Source: an uncultured bacterium
GTDB lineage: Bacteria > T1Sed10-126
Direction: 5' to 3'
Length of the DNA stretch: 18,543 nucleotides
NCBI GenBank assembly: GCA_964566495.1
Contig: CAZMIT010000026.1
Span: forward strand, 1 to 18,543
Shown here in pieces: positions 8,592-15,274 of the stretch. Numbering within the stretch: the stretch's first letter is position 1; each line of letters starts with the position of its first letter. The notes under the pieces were generated by a model, which was not told where the DNA came from, did not search any database, and worked only from the letters and a program-made list of their open reading frames with translations. Position numbers and translations under genes: made by a program.

Positions 8592-8616
8592 ACTGTCTCA
8601 GAGACAGTGCTATAAT
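8592..8616 (+). promoter_or_regulatory. Sigma70-type extended -10 promoter with an overlapping palindromic operator candidate
   Basis: TG-C-TATAAT (8608-8616) is a perfect extended -10. ACTGTCTC-A-GAGACAGT (8592-8608) is a perfect inverted repeat in the spacer position. An AT-rich leader and an AGGAG SD at 8651-8655 follow. Confidence 0.7.
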
Positions 8617-8665
8617 CATAAGGTAAAAATAAGTAATTAAGATTTTTTAAAGGAGTGATTCTTTT

Positions 8666-8842
8666 ATGTGTGCAGATGATTTTGAGTATCCTGATCGTGA
8701 CAGTATTCGTGACGAGATTCTCAAGCTGACCGATTTTTCGGAAGAAGAAGTTGACAGCCTGGGCTGGGATGAACTCTATGAAATTTATGGCCGCGTTGCC
8801 CGTTATGGCGAAGATGATATAGAAGACGAATATCGCGAATAG
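8666..8842 (+). CDS. Small, highly acidic hypothetical protein (58 aa)
   Basis: MCADDFEYPDRDSIRDEILKLTDFSEEEVDSLGWDELYEIYGRVARYGEDDIEDEYRE. AGGAG SD 10 nt upstream, promoter about 50 nt upstream, tandem TAG TAG stop, same strand as both neighbours. Shorter than any ORF in the supplied track. Confidence 0.8.
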   Translation: MCADDFEYPDRDSIRDEILKLTDFSEEEVDSLGWDELYEIYGRVARYGEDDIEDEYRE

Positions 8843-8910
8843 TAGCTGAGGGTTGAACAGCTCCGGGGCTGCAGGGTTTATGAACCGACGTAAGAAAGTG
8901 AAGGGTTGGT

Positions 8911-10668
8911 ATGGCAGAGAAGGGAATTTTTAACGAACCCGGCAGCATCTATTTAAATACTGGCTTTACCGGGAAACAGTTGTTGTTTGCCCGGCCGGTG
9001 GAGACTGTTATCTGTCAACGACCGGAGCAGCTCTCCGGAGCTCTGGCGCGACTTCAGCGGCTGCAGAATCAGGGGTATTACTGCGCCGGCTTCTTAACTT
9101 ATGAAGCCGGCGAAATTTTACTGGGCTTCTCGCCGCGACGTCTTAATTTTCCTTACCTCTGGTTTGGCGCTTACAAATCACCACTTAAGTCGGGGGAGGG
9201 ACTGTTAGAATACCCCAGGGAAATTTCCGCTCAGCCGGAGCTTAGCCCTCTTTCTAATTATTCTGATTACAAGAGTGGTTTTAAGCGAATAAAGGAATAT
9301 ATTCGTCGTGGTGAGACCTATCAAACCAACTATACACTTCGTTTGTTGGGCGAGGGATTGCACGTCCCTGAACAGCTATTTTCCAGTCTTACTCATAATC
9401 ACCCGGTTCCTTACGGGGCCTGGATAAATACCGGCGAATATCAAATTGGCAGTCTTTCACCGGAACTTTTTTTACGGCGGGAAAACCAACTGCTTGAAGC
9501 GCTACCAATGAAGGGAACGGCACCCCGTCGGAATAATTTTGAGGTCGACCGGCAGAAACAGCAGTGGTTGCGCAACTCCGAAAAAAATCGTGCCGAAAAT
9601 TTGATGATTGTTGATTTGTTGCGTAACGATCTTGGCCGCCTGGCTCGTCCGGGCAAGGTGGAAGTGCCGGAACTTTTCCGGGTTGACAGTTACGCTACCG
9701 TTCATCAGATGGTTTCAAAGGTGCAAGCTCACCTTCGTCCGGGAGTTAGTTTTCGAGAAATACTGGAAGCAACCTTCCCCTCCGGCTCAGTTACTGGGGC
9801 ACCGAAGCTGCGGACCATGGAGATCATTCGCGAAGTTGAGGTGCGACCCCGAAAAATCTACACTGGTGGCATTGGTCTTCTCGAACCCAGCGGTGACTTC
9901 ACCTTCAGCGTTGCCATTCGTACCTTTATCTCTCAAGGAGATAAGCTGGAAGTGGGGGTGGGCGGGGGTGTGGTGGCTGATAGTCAGCCCAAAGACGAGT
10001 GGGATGAGGCGCTCCTCAAAGGGAACTTCCTGCATCACAAAAAAGAAGAATTTTTTCTCATCGAAACGATGCGTTTTAAGCCCGAAACTGGAGTTGACCG
10101 GCTGGGAAAACACATGGCGCGTCTGAGGAAATCTTGTTGTTATTTCTCAATCCCCGCTAATCTAAAAGAGATCAGGCGGACAGTTTTGAGCAAAGTAGAG
10201 AATCTGAACTCAGAAAAACTTGTTCGGCTTCTTGTCGATCTTAACGGCAAAGAAGAAATTGAGCTACGTGAACTTCCCAAACCGCCGGATAGGGTAAAAG
10301 TGCGGCTGGCTTCCGACAACCTGCTTAGCACTGATCCATTTCGCCGCCACAAGACCACCCGCCGGGCTCTTTACGATCGTTACCGCAAAAAGGCTGCTGA
10401 AACGGGAATATTTGAATATCTCTTTGAAAACGAGCGCGGTGAAATTGTTGAAGGAACTATATCCAATCTGTTCCTTAGGTTTGGTGAAAAACTGGTTACT
10501 CCGCCCGTTTCCAGCGGCGCTTTGCCCGGGGTAAAACGACAACAGCTGCTTGAAAAAAACAAGGTTACTGAAGAGTTCCTGCAGAGAAAGGATTTAAAAG
10601 CTGCCGATGCAGTTTTCCTCACTAATTCTGTTCGCGGTCGGGTATTGGTGGATGATATCCAAATTTGA
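8911..10668 (+). CDS. pabB: Aminodeoxychorismate synthase component I fused to a class IV aminotransferase / ADC lyase domain (PabB-PabC)
   Basis: Chorismate-binding motifs SPELF, PMKGT, KNRAENLMIVDLLRNDLGR and FPSGSVTGAPK. The C-terminal ~200 aa contain LIETMR, HMARL, HKTT (PLP Lys), EGTISNLF, LPGV and TNSVRG. Confidence 0.92.
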   Translation: MAEKGIFNEPGSIYLNTGFTGKQLLFARPVETVICQRPEQLSGALARLQRLQNQGYYCAGFLTYEAGEILLGFSPRRLNFPYLWFGAYKSPLKSGEGLLEYPREISAQPELSPLSNYSDYKSGFKRIKEYIRRGETYQTNYTLRLLGEGLHVPEQLFSSLTHNHPVPYGAWINTGEYQIGSLSPELFLRRENQLLEALPMKGTAPRRNNFEVDRQKQQWLRNSEKNRAENLMIVDLLRNDLGRLARPGKVEVPELFRVDSYATVHQMVSKVQAHLRPGVSFREILEATFPSGSVTGAPKLRTMEIIREVEVRPRKIYTGGIGLLEPSGDFTFSVAIRTFISQGDKLEVGVGGGVVADSQPKDEWDEALLKGNFLHHKKEEFFLIETMRFKPETGVDRLGKHMARLRKSCCYFSIPANLKEIRRTVLSKVENLNSEKLVRLLVDLNGKEEIELRELPKPPDRVKVRLASDNLLSTDPFRRHKTTRRALYDRYRKKAAETGIFEYLFENERGEIVEGTISNLFLRFGEKLVTPPVSSGALPGVKRQQLLEKNKVTEEFLQRKDLKAADAVFLTNSVRGRVLVDDIQI

Positions 10669-10737
10669 CGTTAGGTTAACGGCAGTATCCGTCGATAAAA
10701 TTAATACTTATACCAATTTAGCAGGGGAGTTTTGTGG

Positions 10738-11457
10738 ATGATAAGCTTTCACCACGTTACAAAAACTTTTCATCACGACAGTCCAATTAAAGCGCTTGAT
10801 GACGTCTCTTTTTCCATGGATAAGGGAGATTTTTACTTTGTTCTTGGTCCCTCGGGCGCCGGTAAAACCACCTTGATGAGAATTCTTTACCGGGATTTAA
10901 AACCCAGCCGGGGCCAGGTAATTATCGATGGTAAAAATATCGGTAAACTTTCGGAAAGGGAAATCCCGAGTTTACGGCGTCGAGTTGGTGTAGTTTTCCA
11001 GGACTTTAAACTGCTTAACGATCGCTCTGTCTTTGAAAATGTTGCTATTTCTCTGCTTGTACAGGGTGAGGACAAGTATGAGATTAATCGCCGGGTAATG
11101 CGTGCCCTGGACCAGGTGGAGCTAACCGACAAGCGGGACATGAATCCGCGTCAGTTGGCCGGCGGTGAGGCACAGCGCGTTAGTATGGCCCGAGCACTGG
11201 TAAAAGAACCAGAGATTCTTGTTGCTGACGAGCCAACCGGTAATCTGGACCCGGATCTGGCCGATAATATTATGGATCAGTTTGACGCGATTAACCGCCG
11301 GGGTACAACTCTTCTTGTGGCAACTCACGATTATCGTACGGTCCAACGCTACGACTTTCCCTGTATTGTCCTCAAGGACGGTAAGTTGATAGAAGGACCG
11401 ACTCGTGATCCGGATCATCTGCGTCCCTTCGCCGGCGCTTACGGGGAGGAGAGCTAA
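10738..11457 (+). CDS. ftsE: Cell division ATP-binding protein FtsE
   Basis: GPSGAGKTT, LRRRVGVVFQDFKLL, LAGGEAQR, ADEPTGNLD and ATHD. ATG at 10738 follows AGGGGAG at 10723-10729. Adjacent to ftsX. Confidence 0.93.
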   Translation: MISFHHVTKTFHHDSPIKALDDVSFSMDKGDFYFVLGPSGAGKTTLMRILYRDLKPSRGQVIIDGKNIGKLSEREIPSLRRRVGVVFQDFKLLNDRSVFENVAISLLVQGEDKYEINRRVMRALDQVELTDKRDMNPRQLAGGEAQRVSMARALVKEPEILVADEPTGNLDPDLADNIMDQFDAINRRGTTLLVATHDYRTVQRYDFPCIVLKDGKLIEGPTRDPDHLRPFAGAYGEES

Positions 11458-11458
11458 C

Positions 11459-12340
11459 GTGTCCAGCTGGAGGTATTTATTAAGATTTTCGTTTCGCAAT
11501 TTAACCTTAAATAGGTTGATGAACATTGTTGCTGTCGGGACTACGGCCCTGGCCCTGTTCATTATCGCCGGCGTGGTGCTTGTTCACCAGAACGTCACTT
11601 ATACTCTTGAAGGTATGCTTGAACGGACGCCGGTTATACTTTACTTGGAAGACGAGGTGCAAGGGGAGGGTGTCTCTGATTTACATTCACGTTTGCTTGC
11701 CCGTGACGACGTTATAGATGTTGAACATCGGAGTAAAGAGGAGGCCTGGGAGGCCTTTCGTCGTAGTCTCCGGCTGGAGGGGAATTTGTTGGACGGACTG
11801 GATGCTAATCCTTTACCCGCTTCTTTACACGTGAATCTAAAACCGGTGGCGCTTGACCACGTAGAGGAAATTGCCCAAGAATTTCAGAACTGGTCCGGTG
11901 TTGAGTCAGTGGACTATGGACGTGAAATAATTGAGCAATTGCGTGGGTTTAGTAACGTGATACAGGTGGCGCTTGGTGGAACGGGCGTAATAATTTCAAT
12001 TGTGGCTATCTTTATTATCTTCAATACGATCCGCCTGTCTGTTATCTCTTGTTCAACTGAAATTGATATCTTGAAGCTGGTTGGCGCTACCCGTCGGTTT
12101 ATCGGGTTTCCGTTTGTAGTAAGCGGTGTAGTTTATGGACTTCTGGGAAGTATACTGGGGCAGGGATTGCTCTGGCTTTTGTTCTGGTTGGTGCAAAGTC
12201 GAGTTGCTCAACTGGGGTTTGTGCAGTTGCAACTGTTTTTTCTGCCGCCGCTCTGGATTTTTCTGATTATCTGCCTGGGCTCGCTGCTGGGGGTGATTGG
12301 AAGTGCTACGGCAGTACGGCGTGCTATTGGTCGGATGTAG
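11459..12340 (+). CDS. ftsX: Cell division permease-like protein FtsX
   Basis: Four hydrophobic segments with a large extracytoplasmic loop after TM1. SKEEA, NPLPAS, GVESVDYG, NTIRL and EIDILKLVGAT..FI..PF motifs. Likely GTG start at 11459 after GGAGG, 1 nt after the ftsE stop. Confidence 0.92.
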   Translation: MSSWRYLLRFSFRNLTLNRLMNIVAVGTTALALFIIAGVVLVHQNVTYTLEGMLERTPVILYLEDEVQGEGVSDLHSRLLARDDVIDVEHRSKEEAWEAFRRSLRLEGNLLDGLDANPLPASLHVNLKPVALDHVEEIAQEFQNWSGVESVDYGREIIEQLRGFSNVIQVALGGTGVIISIVAIFIIFNTIRLSVISCSTEIDILKLVGATRRFIGFPFVVSGVVYGLLGSILGQGLLWLLFWLVQSRVAQLGFVQLQLFFLPPLWIFLIICLGSLLGVIGSATAVRRAIGRM

Positions 12341-13508
12341 TATTTTAGCGATCGCTATGACGGCCGGCCCTTTAACTGCGACGACAGACAGGGGGGAACT
12401 TGCCGAAGAACTCGAGAGTTTACACGAAGACTTAAATGACTACATTGAAGAGATGGAAGCCAAGCAAGAGGAAGAAAGACAATATAGGGCTGAGCTAACT
12501 AAAATTGAACAACAGGAGCAATCTTTACTGGACCTGATTGAGCAGTATGACGTCTGGGTTGAGTCCTCCCAACAGCGGGTTGAATACCATGAGGAGATCA
12601 AGGAGCAAGCGCTTGCCGGGCTGCGTGAAACATCCCGTGAGTTAAACAAGATGCAGGAGAAGCTTGAGGAACAGGAACAACTACTGGGTCGACGGCTGCG
12701 CGAAATATATAAGCAGGGCGAGCTGGCCCGGTCTCGGCTACTGGCCGGCGCTGAAACCTTTGGAGATTTAATTGTCAACAACCGCTATTACCGAGAGATA
12801 CTGGAACATGATCGGGAAGTGCTGGAGAAGTATCGCAACCGGCGCCAGGAGATGGAACGCCTGCGAGCTGAGCGGCGCGAAAGGTTGGAGGAGCGTCGAC
12901 GAATAAGGGAAGAAATTGCTGACCTTCACGAGGAACAGAAACAGGCTCTGCGCCACAGCAAACAGGCTCGCGAGGAGCTACGTCAGCGGCAGCAATTTTA
13001 CCAGGAACAATTGGATCAGCTCCAGGAACGCCAGCAGGAATTAACAAGCGTAGTAAATGATCTGCGCCGGGAAAAAGATCACACGGAGCAGCGTCTGCAG
13101 GCCTTGCAGCACGAGTTCGCTCGTCAGGAGGGGGAGCTGAACTGGCCGGTTGAAAACTATACCATAGAACAACCGTTCGGTCGTTGGGAGGAGGACGGTT
13201 TGACTCAGAATAACCAGGGAATTGATATCCGGGTTGAGGGCAATCCCGAGGTGAACGCAGTTTATACGGGGGAAGTAAGGTTTGCCCGTGAGTTCAGTGG
13301 TATGGGGGAGGTTGTGGTTATCAGCCATGGCGGCGACTTTAACACCACCTACGCCCAGCTGGCCGAGGTAACTGTTTCGGCTGGCGATCACGTCAATGTC
13401 GGCGACCAAATCGGTGTCGTCGGCGACTCGGGGACTGGAGACCGTCTGCTTTATTTTCAAGTTATTGAAGGTCGGGAGGTTCATGACCCCGAGGATTGGC
13501 TAAAGTGA
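12303..13508 (+). CDS. envC: EnvC-like murein hydrolase activator (signal peptide, long coiled coil, degenerate M23/LytM domain)
   Basis: N-terminal hydrophobic signal, about 240 aa of E/Q/R/L heptad coiled coil, and a C-terminal LNWPV..NQGIDI..VVVISHG..TTYAQL..VGDQIG..LYFQV..DPEDWL domain. Follows ftsEX. Start uncertain (TTG 12297 or GTG 12303). Confidence 0.85.
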   Translation: MLRQYGVLLVGCSILAIAMTAGPLTATTDRGELAEELESLHEDLNDYIEEMEAKQEEERQYRAELTKIEQQEQSLLDLIEQYDVWVESSQQRVEYHEEIKEQALAGLRETSRELNKMQEKLEEQEQLLGRRLREIYKQGELARSRLLAGAETFGDLIVNNRYYREILEHDREVLEKYRNRRQEMERLRAERRERLEERRRIREEIADLHEEQKQALRHSKQAREELRQRQQFYQEQLDQLQERQQELTSVVNDLRREKDHTEQRLQALQHEFARQEGELNWPVENYTIEQPFGRWEEDGLTQNNQGIDIRVEGNPEVNAVYTGEVRFAREFSGMGEVVVISHGGDFNTTYAQLAEVTVSAGDHVNVGDQIGVVGDSGTGDRLLYFQVIEGREVHDPEDWLK

Positions 13509-14095
13509 GCGAACCTCAACTTTATCTTCTTACCCCACCCCGGGGAAATTATCTCTCACTGCTGCCGGACCTATTTAAAGCTGGTGTCGATTTAGTGCAA
13601 TTTCGTCGCCCACGTCTATCAGATCGTGCCGCCCTGGCCGAGCTCAAGAGTCTGCTCAAAATAACCCGTAATCACTCCATACCGGTTTTTGTTAACGACC
13701 GACCAGATCTTGCCCTGTTAACCGGGGCGCAAGGGGTTCATCTTGGGGCTGAAGATGTTGACCCCCGAATGGTCAAACAGCACTGGCCTAATCTTCAGGT
13801 TGGCCTCACACAGAGGTTTGATGAGCCTCTTCTTGAACCGGCTGATTACTACGGTGTTGGGCCGGTCTTTAGTCCGCTTAGTAAAAAACTCGACACCGAA
13901 CCATGCGGCTGGAGCGGAGTCGCTCGATTACTTGACCGCACCTCGCTCCCAGTATATGCTATCGGCGGAATAACTTATGACAATATAAACGACTACCCGG
14001 ACGGATTGACCGGTGTCGCATTGATTAGCGGGATATGGTCGGCCGACAATCCAGTTCGAGCGGCAGCACGTATCAAGAGAGCTCTGGAGAATTAA
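13505..14095 (+). CDS. thiE: Thiamine-phosphate synthase / TenI family protein
   Basis: LYLLT, VQFR, VNDRPDLA, GVHLG, ADY.GVGPVF and AIGGI motifs. GTG at 13505 overlaps the envC TGA (GTGA). Confidence 0.8.
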   Translation: MSEPQLYLLTPPRGNYLSLLPDLFKAGVDLVQFRRPRLSDRAALAELKSLLKITRNHSIPVFVNDRPDLALLTGAQGVHLGAEDVDPRMVKQHWPNLQVGLTQRFDEPLLEPADYYGVGPVFSPLSKKLDTEPCGWSGVARLLDRTSLPVYAIGGITYDNINDYPDGLTGVALISGIWSADNPVRAAARIKRALEN

Positions 14096-14101
14096 TAAGC
14101 C

Positions 14102-14446
14102 ATGCATGAAGTTGCCATTATTAGTAACCTCTTTCAACGGCTGCGCAAGGAAATATCGGATCGTGTAGATGTGCAGGAGGTTGAGGTTATTTTCTTAAAA
14201 ATAGGAGAGATGAGCTGTGCTTCCCCGGCGGCACTCCAGAGTGCTTTTGAAGTGGCCCGGACTGAGACGGAATTTGAGGAAACTGAACTGGAAATTGATC
14301 GTGTGCCTCTGAAAATACACTGCCAGAGCTGTGACACTGAGGTGGTTGTAGATCCCGGTCCGCTTAATTGTCCCGACTGTGGGAGCCGAAAAACTAAAAT
14401 TGTCTCAGGTGATTCGCTTTACCTTGATTCAATTCAGTGCCGTTAA
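14102..14446 (+). CDS. hypA: Hydrogenase maturation nickel metallochaperone HypA
   Basis: N-terminal MHE Ni-binding motif, two CxxC motifs (CQSC, CPDC), 114 aa. Confidence 0.95.
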   Translation: MHEVAIISNLFQRLRKEISDRVDVQEVEVIFLKIGEMSCASPAALQSAFEVARTETEFEETELEIDRVPLKIHCQSCDTEVVVDPGPLNCPDCGSRKTKIVSGDSLYLDSIQCR

Positions 14447-14472
14447 TTACTTATGTTTTTAATAAAAAAGAG

Positions 14473-14576
14473 GTAACTACTCATTTATCCCCTCTCCTCT
14501 GGAGGGAGAGGGCCAATTTTTCACCCCCCTTTGTGTTTCCCCCCTTCAAGGGGGGGAAGATAGGGTAAGTAGTTAC
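14473..14576. mobile_element. 104-bp MITE/REP-like element, copy A
   Basis: Terminal inverted repeats GTAACTACTCA (14473-14483) / TAAGTAGTTAC (14566-14576), 10/11 complementary. Internal hairpins CCCTCTCC..GGAGAGGG and CCCCCCTT-C-AAGGGGGG. An inverted second copy is at 18114-18234. Confidence 0.75.
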
Positions 14577-14592
14577 AAAAGGAGGAGTAATA

Positions 14593-15264
14593 ATGGATGA
14601 TGACGCGCCAAAGAGGATAGAAATTCAGGATAGACTTTTGAAGGAAAACGAGCAACTGGCAGTGGAGAACAAAAATCTTTACAGAAAACACGATATCAAG
14701 GGGGTTTTTAACTTAATTGGTTCGCCCGGGGCGGGCAAGACATCTCTGCTCGAATGCATTATTCCACACCTTGAAAGTGCGGGGATTATTGAGGGTGACA
14801 TTGCTACGGCCCGGGACGCCGAGCGAGTCCATGCTCTGTCGGCCCCTGCCCTCCAGATTAACACGATGGGCGCCTGCCATTTAGACGCAAACATGCTTGC
14901 CCAGGTATTGCCCGATTTTCCGCTTGCCGGTGTAGATTACCTGTTTATTGAAAATGTTGGCAATCTCGTCTGTCCTACCGGCTACGACTTGGGGGAAGAC
15001 CACAAAGTGGTTGTTCTGAGTCTACCTGAAGGAGAGGATAAAGCGGCTAAATATCCAGCCATCTTTCGGGCTTCAACGCTCTGTGTTCTCAACAAGCTGG
15101 ACCTTGAACCACACTGTGGTGTCGATGTTGAGCGTTTGGAAGCGGATATACGCGACGTCAATCCCGAACTGGAAATCTGTCGGGTTTCCTGTGAAACTGG
15201 GCAGGGGATAGAGAAACTCGTTGAGAGGCTGAAACAGCTCAGTCGCAGCCCCTCCGGATCGTGA
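14593..15264 (+). CDS. hypB: Hydrogenase nickel incorporation GTPase HypB
   Basis: GSPGAGKTSLL, IEGDIAT..DAER, CHLDA, ENVGNLVCP, EGEDK..KYP and NKLDL motifs. GGAGG SD at 14581-14585. Confidence 0.96.
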   Translation: MDDDAPKRIEIQDRLLKENEQLAVENKNLYRKHDIKGVFNLIGSPGAGKTSLLECIIPHLESAGIIEGDIATARDAERVHALSAPALQINTMGACHLDANMLAQVLPDFPLAGVDYLFIENVGNLVCPTGYDLGEDHKVVVLSLPEGEDKAAKYPAIFRASTLCVLNKLDLEPHCGVDVERLEADIRDVNPELEICRVSCETGQGIEKLVERLKQLSRSPSGS

Positions 15265-15274
15265 ATTTGGCGGA

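Noticed and set aside
8591..8609. LexA/SOS box resemblance (TACTGT...ACAGTG)
   Set aside because: Spacing is CTGT-N7-ACAG, not the N8 of the E. coli-type box, and the centre is not AT-rich. Kept only as an unknown operator candidate.
8843..8910. Folate-related riboswitch or terminator upstream of pabB
   Set aside because: Only 68 nt with a weak CAGCT-CCGG-GGCTG stem, no U-tract and no aptamer consensus I recognise. An Rfam scan would be decisive.
8721..8948. 75-aa minus-strand ORF
   Set aside because: Antisense to the acidic 58-aa ORF and the pabB start; no recognisable features.
10665..10700. Internal ftsE promoter (TTGACG, or sigma28-like GTCGATAA)
   Set aside because: No properly spaced -10 for TTGACG and no TAAA at the sigma28 -35 position.
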